Source of the DNA: Escherichia phage RB3
Length of the DNA stretch: 64,000 nucleotides
Sequence record: KM606994
Reading direction: 5' to 3' (one strand)
Within the stretch, counting starts at the first letter, position 1. Every line of letters starts with the position of its first letter. The position numbers and the translations under genes were made by a program. The notes under the pieces are model-generated. The model saw nothing but the letters and a program-made list of their open reading frames with translations, did not search any database and was not told the DNA's origin. Of this stretch, positions 1 through 8,924 are shown piece by piece.

Positions 1-375
1 CCATATCCCAGATAATATTGCTGCTGTAAAAATATTAACAAGTATGGTTAAAAGAATCCAATCTCCTATTCTGTCTATTGGATTTTTTATAAAAAAGTAA
101 AATACGAATGATGTCACAGGAAGACTAATAATATACCACAGAATCATAATTTTATCTGTGAACCAATCAGCGTTCGTTAACTTAGCGCGACCATTATGAA
201 TACACACGAATTTATCATCTGTTATAATAGATGGCTTAGCTGCTTGATATCCCATTCTAAACTCCCTAATCAACAAATTTTTCATATCTTCGGAACAACC
301 ATTCCAGTCAACTCTATCAACTGAAATGCCATCATCCCCATCATCTAAATCATACCAGCGAGTTTTTAAAATCAT
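1..375 (-). CDS. hypothetical protein, partial (N-terminus at 375, C-terminus beyond window start); hydrophobic C-terminal segments
   Basis: Open minus-strand frame from ATG 375-373 to window edge; AGGAA Shine-Dalgarno upstream; ATGA overlap with stop of upstream ORF; not in ORF track because incomplete. Confidence 0.45.
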   Translation of the reverse strand, partial: MILKTRWYDLDDGDDGISVDRVDWNGCSEDMKNLLIREFRMGYQAAKPSIITDDKFVCIHNGRAKLTNADWFTDKIMILWYIISLPVTSFVFYFFIKNPIDRIGDWILLTILVNIFTAAILSGIW

Positions 376-734
376 TTAATTTTCCTACAATCACTCACAA
401 ACTCTTCCATTGATTCTTTTTCAATATAAGACATGTAGCTATTATATTCTTTTAATTGTATTTTGTAATCTTTTTTTCTTTGCCAATTTATTTTAAAATT
501 ATCATAATGAAAATATAACATGGTACCAAAGAATGAAAATAATGAAATAATTTTAGTATAGTGAAGTTCACTCCAAACTTCTATTATATTTACTGTGCCG
601 TCAATGTTTAAAATAAGACAGTCAATTAACAATCCAAAAAGACTACCCGCAAGAGCTGCAGCCAACGCCACAGCAAAAATTAAAAATGACTCAGGAAGCG
701 AATATTTGACTTTATTTAGTTTTGGCTTTTGCAT
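372..734 (-). CDS. hypothetical small membrane protein (N-terminal hydrophobic helices, basic C-terminus)
   Basis: 120-aa ORF, ATG start at 734; hydrophobic stretch FLIFAVALAAALAGSLFGLLI; same architecture as the adjacent 130-aa ORF. Confidence 0.5.
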   Translation of the reverse strand: MQKPKLNKVKYSLPESFLIFAVALAAALAGSLFGLLIDCLILNIDGTVNIIEVWSELHYTKIISLFSFFGTMLYFHYDNFKINWQRKKDYKIQLKEYNSYMSYIEKESMEEFVSDCRKIK

Positions 735-1108
735 CGTGATTCCTTAACAAATTTCATAATTTCATCAAATTCATACGCAGCAAGTTTAAGCTGATGTTCC
801 TTTTTAATCTTTTTACACTGTGCTTTCCAATCACGTACGCGTTTACGATAATGCCTTCCTTGATACCAGTATCCTACCCAATTTACAGGTACTAATAAAA
901 ATGGAACTATCATTGGAAGAATTAGTGTTGACGCAAATATTATATTAGATTCAATATTAGTCATAACATCTATAACTATTCCAACCCCCAGTAGAATTAC
1001 AAATGATACAGCTATTACAGGACCTATTAATACATCAGTAGAAATTATCTGACGCTTTAATTCATACTTTAAGGGTTTACTTGGAAGATACATTGATGGC
1101 TTTGACAT
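716..1108 (-). CDS. hypothetical small membrane protein
   Basis: 130-aa ORF, ATG start; two predicted TM helices (VIAVSFVILLGVGIVI, LILPMIVPFLLVPV) followed by a basic K/R-rich tail. Confidence 0.5.
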   Translation of the reverse strand: MSKPSMYLPSKPLKYELKRQIISTDVLIGPVIAVSFVILLGVGIVIDVMTNIESNIIFASTLILPMIVPFLLVPVNWVGYWYQGRHYRKRVRDWKAQCKKIKKEHQLKLAAYEFDEIMKFVKESRCKSQN

Positions 1109-1685
1109 ATTCTCTGCATTCCTTCACAAATTTTTCTAGTAATAAATCGCTTTCAAAATTGGGATTTTCTACGAATTTATCAAAAAGATCATCAACAATA
1201 GTTAAGATATTCTTTTTACTAAGAATACGTTTATTTTCATGCTTCGTTTCAGAATCAACTATAAGAGTAAAGAAATATTTCTTTCCCTGAAATTTTACCG
1301 TAGTATCAATATAGAATAAATTTGACTTTTGTAAGTTACGTTTAAACCATGCGTCACTTAAACTATAAACGCCAAGATAATCATAATCGTCGTTTAAATA
1401 ACAAACTGTCCATTCAGGAGAAATGAAATCAGTAAATTCAACATCAAAATCACACGTCAATGAATGAATTGATTCAATACTGTTAATAAGTATTCCAGGA
1501 CGTATTAAAGACTTTTTACCTCTGGAAAATCTTCCAGAAAGACTTTCATCAGTTTCATATGAAGAACCCCAATAATAATTACGTCCTTCTGCCATACGTT
1601 TAAGAGCATGTAGTAATTGGTCTGGAACATCAACCTGTCTTTGGAACTCTTCAAACATTGAATTGAAATCACTTTGCATTTTCAT
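1077..1685 (-). CDS. hypothetical protein
   Basis: 202-aa ORF in minus-strand early gene array; no motif recognised. Confidence 0.5.
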   Translation of the reverse strand: MKMQSDFNSMFEEFQRQVDVPDQLLHALKRMAEGRNYYWGSSYETDESLSGRFSRGKKSLIRPGILINSIESIHSLTCDFDVEFTDFISPEWTVCYLNDDYDYLGVYSLSDAWFKRNLQKSNLFYIDTTVKFQGKKYFFTLIVDSETKHENKRILSKKNILTIVDDLFDKFVENPNFESDLLLEKFVKECREYVKAINVSSK

Positions 1686-1706
1686 TCCTATTTACTCCAA
1701 GTAATA

Positions 1707-1720
1707 GGGGCCGAAGCCCC
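1707..1720 (-). terminator. GC-rich hairpin (GGGGCC-GAAG-GGCCCC) after stop of ORF 1727-2320; putative terminator or RNA-stability element
   Basis: Perfect hairpin immediately downstream of stop codon; no strong T-run, so weak as an intrinsic terminator. Confidence 0.35.
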
Positions 1721-1726
1721 TTATCA

Positions 1727-2320
1727 TTATTTCAGAGAATTAATGTATTCCTGAACATCGGCAGAAGTAGTTTCAACCCCAGAAATATTACCATTAAAGG
1801 TTTCAACTCGAGCAAGAGTATCTTCAATATCAACCTTAGTCAGCGCTGCAATTTCAACTACATCATCGGCAGTACTAATTCCAAGTGCATTCGCTGCTCG
1901 AGTTTCACGGATATATTCCAATTTAACTGCAAGTTCTTGGCGAGCATCATCCAATTCAACTACTTTCTTGGCGATTTCAATTCGCATTTCAGCATACCCA
2001 TCAGCTTTAGTAGTTAACTGTTCAGCTGTTCGACGATATAGCAAGCCGAGTTTAGCATGCATTGTTACATCTTGACCTTCGGAAAGAAGCTTGCGAATTT
2101 CACGCTCTTTTGATTCGGCTTGCCGATTCTTTTCAACAATAAGTTCACGAATACGTTTTTCTTCATTAATAGATTTAATAGAAGCAGTTTTTAGATCTTT
2201 AATTTTATCAAGCAGTTTTGCTGCTGCGGCAGTATACTGTTCTTCAACAGATAGATTTTTAGCCATAGCAGAACCAAGTTTAGTGCGAATAAACTCAACA
2301 ATTTTCTTCAGTGTGTTCAT
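1727..2320 (-). CDS. coiled-coil protein, weak PspA/IM30-like character
   Basis: 197-aa ORF; heptad-rich, charged sequence ([27 protein letters not shown]); resemblance to PspA is pattern-level only. Confidence 0.5.
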   Translation of the reverse strand: MNTLKKIVEFIRTKLGSAMAKNLSVEEQYTAAAAKLLDKIKDLKTASIKSINEEKRIRELIVEKNRQAESKEREIRKLLSEGQDVTMHAKLGLLYRRTAEQLTTKADGYAEMRIEIAKKVVELDDARQELAVKLEYIRETRAANALGISTADDVVEIAALTKVDIEDTLARVETFNGNISGVETTSADVQEYINSLK

Positions 2321-2363
2321 AGTATTTCCTTAGGTTAATTAAGATTTAAAATCCATGAGAGTA

Positions 2364-2539
2364 TTATACTCCGGATAGTTTGTAAACTATTTCAACATCG
2401 CCTTTTGCTGCTTTATAACCTTCAGCCCAAGATACAACCGAGTTTTTATCTGAAGATTCAAATTCTGGCATTGGGCTTTCGCCAATGTTCACACAGTATG
2501 TTTCTTCATTTTCGTCAAACCAAATAATTAAAGTAGTCA
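2364..2539 (-). CDS. small hypothetical protein (58 aa), below ORF-track cutoff
   Basis: ATG at 2539 to TAA at 2366-2364, fills gap between flanking minus-strand genes; its 3' end overlaps a GTTTAC promoter-like motif. Confidence 0.3.
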
Positions 2540-2609
2540 TTTATTTCTCCGTTTTCTGTATTTGTTTTGATAAGTCTATAATAACACCGTCCTTGGCGTT
2601 TGTACACAA

Positions 2610-2873
2610 TTATTTCATATTATTGAAATATTCTTCTGCGATTTCATCGTTATCATGGTAAACTTTAGAAGACAGTTTAACATAACCTTCAGCAGTGAAC
2701 ATGTTAATCACAACCTTTACAGTATACCACTGACCATCTTCATTACCCATTACTGCGTAAGTTTCAAACATCGGATGGTCAGGACCGATAACTTTAATAT
2801 CATTCACTGTACGACCAAAATCTTCTGAAACACATTTCATAAAGAAGTTGAACAGTTCGCCGTAATTATCCAT
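2610..2873 (-). CDS. hypothetical protein (87 aa)
   Basis: ORF track gives 2610-2885 with TTG start; ATG at 2873 is preceded by GGAGAATAAA Shine-Dalgarno. Confidence 0.5.
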   Translation of the reverse strand: MDNYGELFNFFMKCVSEDFGRTVNDIKVIGPDHPMFETYAVMGNEDGQWYTVKVVINMFTAEGYVKLSSKVYHDNDEIAEEYFNNMK

Positions 2874-2916
2874 TTTATTCTCCAAGTTGTTTTCTGTATC
2901 AGTAGTTGATAGTTGT

Positions 2917-2946
2917 ATAGTACCATGGAAGAACAGGGATGTAAAC
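2917..2946 (-). promoter_or_regulatory. T4-type early promoter (GTTTAC -18 nt- TACTAT)
   Basis: Minus-strand GTTTAC at 2946-2941 and TACTAT at 2922-2917, same architecture as five other copies in window. Confidence 0.45.
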
Positions 2947-3077
2947 AGTTTTGTGAAAAAATTTTTAAAAAGTTTTAGGGAATTCTAGGGCGGGGAGGGG
3001 CAATTAAAAGATAGGATAATATATTATAAAGGATATAAACTAAATGATGCCTAGAGAGACAAGGAAAGGCCTAGATA

Positions 3078-3106
3078 CCAAAAAGCCCCAACCTTTCGGT
3101 CGGGGC
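3078..3106 (-). terminator. rho-independent terminator ending the tRNA/stable RNA transcription unit
   Basis: Minus-strand hairpin GCCCCGACC-GAAA-GGTTGGGGC followed by TTTTT. Confidence 0.6.
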
Positions 3107-3158
3107 TAAGCCTTGCGGCAACCTTGTCGGGGTTCCACCTGCTAAGGCAAGTGTTTGT

Positions 3159-3301
3159 ACGAAACGCCGGGATTCGAACCCGGTTATTAAGCAGTTGACG
3201 CTACTCAATATTTTTAAAAGGCCATATCTCGACCATATCCGAACGTTCCGTCAAAAACGCTACTCGGCTTACGGCAAAGATATTTCCTCGAATCGATAAT
3301 T
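3159..3301 (-). ncRNA. putative tRNA-like stable RNA (about 140 nt), boundaries approximate
   Basis: No ORF; canonical T-arm CCGGG-TTCGAAT-CCCGG followed by 7-nt acceptor-like strand, but no matching 5' acceptor strand within tRNA distance; internal repeat TTGAGTAGCGT twice. Confidence 0.3.
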
Positions 3302-3423
3302 TGGTGCGCCGTTTCTGCTGTGATATAAGGGGGCATTAACAAAACATAAAGATTTATTAATGCCAGTCCTTAAACAGGGAACATCAGTCCGACGACTTGC
3401 CGGTAGCGACCCGGCTTCTTGTC
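3302..3423 (-). ncRNA. putative stable RNA (about 120 nt) ending in GGCGCACCA, boundaries approximate
   Basis: Starts directly after tRNA-Arg; hairpins GCCGG-GTCGCTA-CCGGC and GGCATTAA..TTAATGCC; 3' end resembles acceptor plus CCA. Confidence 0.3.
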
Positions 3424-3499
3424 TGGTCGAGGCAGTAGGGATCGAACCTACGACCCAGGACTTAGAAGGTCCTTGCTCTTCCTTCTGAGCTATGCCTCG
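3424..3499 (-). tRNA. tRNA-Arg (anticodon UCU)
   Basis: Manual fold: acceptor CGAGGCA/TGCCTCG, anticodon loop CTTCTAA, T-loop GGTTCGATCC, encoded CCA. Confidence 0.85.
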
Positions 3500-3503
3500 T
3501 ATT

Positions 3504-3578
3504 TGGCGGACGTGATAGGATTCGAACCTATAACCAATCGCTTAACAGGCGATCGCTCTGCCATTGAGCTACACATCC
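3504..3578 (-). tRNA. tRNA-Asn (anticodon GUU)
   Basis: Manual fold: acceptor GGATGTG/CACGTCC, D-arm GCTC-AATGGCA-GAGC, anticodon loop CTGTTAA, T-arm ATAGG-TTCGAAT-CCTAT, CCA. Confidence 0.85.
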
Positions 3579-3582
3579 AAAT

Positions 3583-3669
3583 TGGTGGGGAGTGATGGAG
3601 TCGAACCACCCGAGTCGCAATGACAATGGATTTACAGTCCACACCGCTACCTCTACGGGATAACTCCCC
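3583..3669 (-). tRNA. tRNA-Tyr (anticodon GUA), class II with long variable arm
   Basis: Manual fold: acceptor GGGGAGT/ACTCCCC, anticodon loop CTGTAAA, long variable arm, T-loop TTCGACT, CCA; 87 nt. Confidence 0.8.
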
Positions 3670-3678
3670 TAATTAATT

Positions 3679-3753
3679 TGGTGGCCCTGGGTGGAATTGA
3701 ACCACCATCTGGCGATTATGAGTCGCTTGCTTGAACCTTCCAGCTACAGGGCC
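3679..3753 (-). tRNA. tRNA with CAU anticodon (Ile if lysidine-modified, otherwise Met)
   Basis: Manual fold: acceptor GGCCCTG/CAGGGCC, anticodon loop CTCATAA, T-loop GGTTCAATTCC, CCA; sits where T4 has tRNA-Ile. Confidence 0.85.
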
Positions 3754-3754
3754 T

Positions 3755-3830
3755 TGGCGCTGATTGACGGAATCGAACCGCCGACATCCTCATTACAAGT
3801 GAGGTGCTCTACCTACTGAGCTAAATCAGC
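3755..3830 (-). tRNA. tRNA-Thr (anticodon UGU)
   Basis: Acceptor GCTGATT/AATCAGC, D-loop TAGCTCAGTAGGTAGAGC, anticodon loop CTTGTAA, T-loop GGTTCGATTCC, CCA. Confidence 0.9.
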
Positions 3831-3835
3831 AAAAC

Positions 3836-3925
3836 TGGCGGAGGCGATAGGATTTGAACCTATGAGTCGCCGGAGCGACTGCCGGTTTTCAAGACCGGTG
3901 CATTAAACCACTCTGCCACGCCTCC
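3836..3925 (-). tRNA. tRNA-Ser (anticodon UGA), class II
   Basis: Acceptor GGAGGCG/CGCCTCC, anticodon loop CTTGAAA, long variable arm, T-loop GGTTCAAATCC, CCA; 90 nt. Confidence 0.9.
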
Positions 3926-3927
3926 AG

Positions 3928-4001
3928 TCTCCATACAAGGATTTGAACCTTGGACCTCCTGATCCCAAATCAGGCGCTCTACCAAACTGAGCTACACGGA
4001 G
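3928..4001 (-). tRNA. tRNA-Pro (anticodon UGG)
   Basis: Acceptor CTCCGTG/TATGGAG with G-U pairs, D-loop TAGCTCAGTTTGGTAGAGC, anticodon loop TTTGGGA, T-loop GGTTCAAATCC; CCA not encoded. Confidence 0.9.
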
Positions 4002-4011
4002 TAAATTAAAT

Positions 4012-4085
<74 letters not shown>

Positions 4086-4090
4086 AAATT

Positions 4091-4177
4091 TGGTGCGAGA
4101 AGTGGGACTCGAACCCACAAGGAAATCATTCCGCAGCATTTTAAGTGCTGTGCCTTTACCAATTTGACCATTCTCGC
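4091..4177 (-). tRNA. tRNA-Leu (anticodon UAA), class II
   Basis: Acceptor GCGAGAA/TTCTCGC, anticodon loop CTTAAAA, long variable arm, T-loop GGTTCGAGTCC, CCA; 87 nt. Confidence 0.9.
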
Positions 4178-4178
4178 G

Positions 4179-4251
4179 CTGGGAATAAAGGACTCGAACC
4201 TTTGCATCCTGGAATCAAAATCCAGTGCCTTACCAACTTGGCTAATTCCCA
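4179..4251 (-). tRNA. tRNA-Gln (anticodon UUG)
   Basis: Acceptor TGGGAAT/ATTCCCA, anticodon loop TTTTGAT, T-loop GGTTCGAGTCC; CCA not encoded; 1 nt from tRNA-Leu. Confidence 0.9.
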
Positions 4252-4348
4252 ATTATTAACAAAGGCTCTCTAACAAGAACCCTTGATGATAGAGGGTATT
4301 AATCAGTGCGGTATGAGTTAATAATAACAAATAATTCTTAAAGCATAT

Positions 4349-4636
4349 TTACCATTTATGATAATACGTATTTACGATACATTCAAGACCCAAAGGATTC
4401 TTGAAAATATCATATTCAAGAGGACCTTTTTCTGTTTCAATAAAGAAATCAAAATTTACTATATTAAATTTACGGTCTTCCTTCACTAATTTAACCTGAG
4501 AAGATGAACGGTCAATGTAAACCTTTTCAACTTCAAAACATGTTAAAATGCCATAATCATCAATCAAGTCTTTAGCTGCTTCTTGATCATATTTATATCC
4601 ATTTTCAATGGATGATACTTTAGCATAAAGAATCAT
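4349..4636 (-). CDS. hypothetical protein (95 aa), ip-locus accessory gene
   Basis: ORF tightly packed after the 136-aa ORF (2-nt gap); no recognisable motif. Confidence 0.5.
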   Translation of the reverse strand: MILYAKVSSIENGYKYDQEAAKDLIDDYGILTCFEVEKVYIDRSSSQVKLVKEDRKFNIVNFDFFIETEKGPLEYDIFKNPLGLECIVNTYYHKW

Positions 4637-4638
4637 TA

Positions 4639-5049
4639 TCAGCCTCTATCAACGATAGTATGAGTATGGGCATTTACGATTTGCCACCAATCAAAGCGAT
4701 TGGAACCATAATCCGGTTTATTTTCATTTTCTTTAATGATATCACGTAGTTTATCTTCTGTTTCAGCATACGCAATTAAATCATCATATCCACCACAAGG
4801 ATAATAATTATCACCTGCAAATAAAAGAAAATTTACCTTAGATGGATTTACGTAATAATGATCTTTAGGGTATTTAGTTCCTCTCCAATCAGTTACTTCA
4901 ACATAACGATAAGAAAATCCATTTTTGCTTTCAATCCAACTCCACGCTTCAAAAGGAGTATTAAAAACTTTATCAGGTATTAAATTACCTTCAAAATGAG
5001 AAGGATTTGCATAATCCCCAGCATAAACATAATATTCGTTAATACTCAT
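4639..5049 (-). CDS. hypothetical protein (136 aa), aromatic-rich, ip-locus accessory gene
   Basis: ATG start directly abutting stop of upstream 61-aa ORF; Tyr/Trp-rich, no known motif. Confidence 0.55.
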   Translation of the reverse strand: MSINEYYVYAGDYANPSHFEGNLIPDKVFNTPFEAWSWIESKNGFSYRYVEVTDWRGTKYPKDHYYVNPSKVNFLLFAGDNYYPCGGYDDLIAYAETEDKLRDIIKENENKPDYGSNRFDWWQIVNAHTHTIVDRG

Positions 5050-5235
5050 TTATTCACCTTTAGAAATTTTATCCATAACAATAGCGATTAAACCAATTAA
5101 AAATGCTACTACAAGTGAAAACACATTTTCTGCTGTAGTCAATAATCCGCATATAAATCCAACAAACATTGAAAAACTAAAAGCAGAAGCAGAAATTGCA
5201 ATAGCAACATTTCGAATTAATTCACAGCGTTTCAT
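5050..5235 (-). CDS. small membrane protein (61 aa)
   Basis: ORF track 5050-5295 trimmed to ATG at 5235 with GAGGAG Shine-Dalgarno; two hydrophobic helices (VAIAISASAFSFSMFVGFICGLL, VVAFLIGLIAIV). Confidence 0.45.
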   Translation of the reverse strand: MKRCELIRNVAIAISASAFSFSMFVGFICGLLTTAENVFSLVVAFLIGLIAIVMDKISKGE

Positions 5236-5263
5236 TTTATTCTCCTCGGTAGTTGATAGGGTA

Positions 5264-5293
5264 ATAGTATCACTACTAAAACCCCATGTAAAC
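5264..5293 (-). promoter_or_regulatory. T4-type early promoter, repeat copy A
   Basis: Minus-strand GTTTAC at 5293-5288, 18-nt spacer, TACTAT at 5269-5264; shares about 55-nt core with copies B and C. Confidence 0.45.
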
Positions 5294-5311
5294 AACTTTG
5301 TGAATTATTTA

Positions 5312-5599
5312 TTACAAAAGATTTTTAGCAATAATCTTGAGATGTGCCGCAGAAATGTGTTTAGCTTTAAACAACGCAGTTTCTTCAGCAGGAGAGATAA
5401 CGATTGTAGCACCATCCTTTTTAGCAGACCACCCATCACCTAGGTAAACAGTACCTTTGATTTCTTCACCATCAACCAGACTAATCATCGGTTTACCTTC
5501 TCGTCCTTTATTTGCTTTAATAACTTCAGAAGTAAGAGTAGCTTCAGTAATAGTAGAAACCGGGGTAGTCGTAGAAGTAAATTCTTTGAAAGTTTTCAT
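5312..5599 (-). CDS. ipI: internal protein I-like head protein with N-terminal capsid-targeting sequence
   Basis: 95 aa; N-terminus MKTFKEF...ITE matches internal-protein targeting sequence with gp21-type cleavage site; position between tRNAs and 57B as in T4; assignment to ipI by position and length only. Confidence 0.6.
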   Translation of the reverse strand: MKTFKEFTSTTTPVSTITEATLTSEVIKANKGREGKPMISLVDGEEIKGTVYLGDGWSAKKDGATIVISPAEETALFKAKHISAAHLKIIAKNLL

Positions 5600-5629
5600 T
5601 TTATTTTCCTAATTAATTTTGATGAGATA

Positions 5630-5659
5630 ATAGTATCATAACTAAAACCCCATGTAAAC
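5630..5659 (-). promoter_or_regulatory. T4-type early promoter, repeat copy B
   Basis: GTTTAC at 5659-5654, 18-nt spacer, TACTAT at 5635-5630. Confidence 0.45.
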
Positions 5660-5671
5660 AACTTTGTGAAA

Positions 5672-5929
5672 TTATTTTAAATCTTCTAATCGTTTCTTCA
5701 TCTTAGAACCATTTTTAGCGATTTCACCTGCATCGGAGCATAATGCTAAAAGTGCTTTAACTTTCGTTTGGTCTCCTTTAAAAGACGAAGGATCGACTGC
5801 AGCAGCAAGTTCTTTAATACGGGAGAAAAGACGCTCAGCTTCAGCTAAAGCCATTCCAAGCTTTACTTCCATACCGTGAGAAGATTCAGTGATAGTAGTT
5901 TTTGTAGCAAACTCTTTGAAAGTTTTCAT
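5672..5929 (-). CDS. second capsid-targeting-sequence internal-protein candidate (85 aa), divergent mature domain
   Basis: N-terminus MKTFKEFATKTTITE almost identical to the ipI-like ORF through the predicted cleavage site, rest unrelated; own promoter copy. Confidence 0.6.
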   Translation of the reverse strand: MKTFKEFATKTTITESSHGMEVKLGMALAEAERLFSRIKELAAAVDPSSFKGDQTKVKALLALCSDAGEIAKNGSKMKKRLEDLK

Positions 5930-5960
5930 TTTTATTTTCCTAATTAATTTTGATGAGGTA

Positions 5961-5990
5961 ATAGTATCACTACCTCATCAGTATGTAAAC
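5961..5990 (-). promoter_or_regulatory. T4-type early promoter, repeat copy C
   Basis: GTTTAC at 5990-5985, 18-nt spacer, TACTAT at 5966-5961. Confidence 0.45.
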
Positions 5991-6002
5991 AACTTTGTGA
6001 AA

Positions 6003-6687
<685 letters not shown>

Positions 6688-6688
<1 letters not shown>

Positions 6689-7413
6689 TATAGTACCTTT
6701 AGTGTATTTTTAATTTTAGAAAAAAGTTCTTCAAGAGAACCATCGTTTGTAATTACTAAATCGCCATCACGAATTGGCAATCCAGCTTCTGTAATATGTG
6801 TATCATTGGATTTTTGACCAGGACGAACTACATGAATTACTGTAGCACCCATCGCCCTAGCCGCATCCATTTCATGATCTTGACGGGTATCAGGAACGAT
6901 ATAATAATCATAACCTGAGTTAAATTTATCAAGATAATCTAAAGCAAATAATTTTACCCAGTACATGCGGTCGAAGTTATTAACAATCAAATCCGTACCT
7001 AGGGCTTGCATCAGACGACGGACTGACCATTGATCTTCAATATTATTTATAACGTCAATAATCTTGTTAAATGCTATGGAATCAACTGATTCTTGTCCTT
7101 CGTCATCAAAAACAAACACACCCTTAATTGGGCTTTTACCATTAAGATAGCAAAATGCTTGTTCCATAATCGTGATTACTTCTAATTTAGTCAGATTTAA
7201 ATTAGTCTCACGATCATAGTCAATTCCTTCAAACTCTTTACGAGTTAAGCAAGGATAGTCAGTGTTTGTTGCAAATACTCCCCATGCATAAGCCAATGCA
7301 TCCTTAATAGGACCAGCAAGTTGATATTTAACTGCAGAATAATTATTCATGATAAAATCTGCAGTAGTATCCTTTCCACTACGTTTTACACCGCTTAAAA
7401 AGATTAGTTTCAT
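6688..7413 (-). CDS. 1: gp1 deoxynucleoside monophosphate kinase
   Basis: 241 aa; P-loop GVKRSGKDT near N-terminus; T4 gene order 3-1-57A. Confidence 0.9.
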
Positions 7414-7462
7414 GTGTTTCTCCTCAAATTTAGTTAAGATTATAACACATGAAACTGAAGCA

Positions 7463-7993
7463 TTAAACTTCTGCTATAATTTTTCCATCTTTTTCTACTT
7501 GAAAATAGGTGTAAGGAATCGTTGCAGTACATACTAAAGCCGGGTCTGAATCTTCTGTGTAGCTAAATTCTACTTCAGATAGGTCAGAAACCCAAGGCTT
7601 ATAAAAATTTATTGACATCACGATTTCAGTTTTACTATTATCTAAAATGTAAAGCGTAATGTATTCAGGGCCTGTTTTTTGGGCAGTATTTTCACCTGTA
7701 AGATAGTTACTAGTTCCTAACATCCATTCATACATTCCTATCCACGACTTAAGTTCTTCATCAACTATAAATCTCACAATGAGTGGATCATACTCAAATG
7801 TAACACCTGGACGTTGTGCTCGACCCAGGCCAAATGGCCCAGTCACGGTATCAGTAACAGGTATTCTAATTCCTGGAATAGGAACTGACTGAGCATTTAA
7901 AGTAAAAGCAGATGTAGTATTACTGTGTGGTATTGATACTACAAAGTTAGTTGTATTTGCTTGGTTAAAAATTTGTTGCAGAGCTTGCGACAT
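7463..7993 (-). CDS. 3: gp3 tail completion and sheath stabiliser
   Basis: ORF track 203 aa trimmed to 176 aa starting MSQALQQ at ATG 7993 with GAGGA Shine-Dalgarno; T4 gp3 is 176 aa. Confidence 0.85.
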   Translation of the reverse strand: MSQALQQIFNQANTTNFVVSIPHSNTTSAFTLNAQSVPIPGIRIPVTDTVTGPFGLGRAQRPGVTFEYDPLIVRFIVDEELKSWIGMYEWMLGTSNYLTGENTAQKTGPEYITLYILDNSKTEIVMSINFYKPWVSDLSEVEFSYTEDSDPALVCTATIPYTYFQVEKDGKIIAEV

Positions 7994-8099
7994 ATATTCC
8001 TCATAATGCTTTATAATTGTTGATGGTATAATGGGTCTAAGTCCCTTCCATTCAATTCCATTTAGAACAAACAACAGAAAAGAATGGAAGATAATAGAA

Positions 8100-8924
8100 T
8101 TAGATATTTGACCAGACTTTGTTTGCAGAGAAACGTTTTCCTTTTGAAACGAACTGCTGAAGTGGCATCAACACAACGTTCGCCCAGTCTTTCGGGGCGA
8201 TTTCAACAAGGCTACCCATAATATTACCAGGTATATATGCCTTAATCATTTGGTCTGCACCCCTAAATCCTTTCACTTGACTCCAATCAATTTTTAATTT
8301 CGTTTTATTAGTAATAGTAGGTGTATTTGCATATTGCTTTAAAAGCTCTTCTAGAAATTGCTGACGAGCTTTAGGTGGAATATAGTGCAAGTTCAATCCG
8401 TACATTAAGTTATGCTTACCTAAACCAAGATAAATTATCAAAGGAAATTTATCCCAGTAAGGAAGAGTTTCCTTGTGTTTAGCATCATAAGCAAAAGCAT
8501 ATATTCGTCCCGGCTGCGGGCGAACAACTTTATGTCCTTTTACTTGCTTAATAGTTTCAGCAAACCACTTTCTGGTTTTATTATTAATTGCTGCACCTTC
8601 ATTACGAATTTTATCGCGCAATGTTTGTCTGAATGAATTTATCATAAGCAGTTGTCTTTCTTGCTTATTGAGTTTATTCATTGGTTTTGATTCAAGCTTT
8701 TGAATCTTTTCAGCTGTTTTAATTCCTGAAGCATATTTTGACATTGCCGAAGTAAACGTAGAATATTTAATTCCTCTTTCTTCAGCAAATTGCTTTCCTG
8801 TCATTCCTTTTGCTTTGGCCTTTTTGTATTCAAGACCTATCTGAATCCATTTCTTTTCGTTTAATGATTGCTTAACCTTTGGAACTTGGGGAGTGCTTTC
8901 ATTAATTATTTGAAAAATAGCCAT
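8100..8924 (-). CDS. 2: gp2 DNA end protector protein
   Basis: 274 aa, T4 length and position; start overlaps gene 4 stop (TAATG). Confidence 0.9.

Noticed and set aside
1081-2333. Plus-strand ORFs 1081-1290 and 2091-2333
   Set aside because: Embedded antisense in minus-strand early genes that have promoters and Shine-Dalgarno sequences; no start signals of their own.
3679-3753. Calling the CAU-anticodon tRNA an initiator tRNA-Met
   Set aside because: It has a standard elongator-type acceptor stem and sits where T-even phages carry tRNA-Ile (CAU modified to read AUA); Met versus Ile cannot be settled from sequence alone, so it is reported as Ile/Met.
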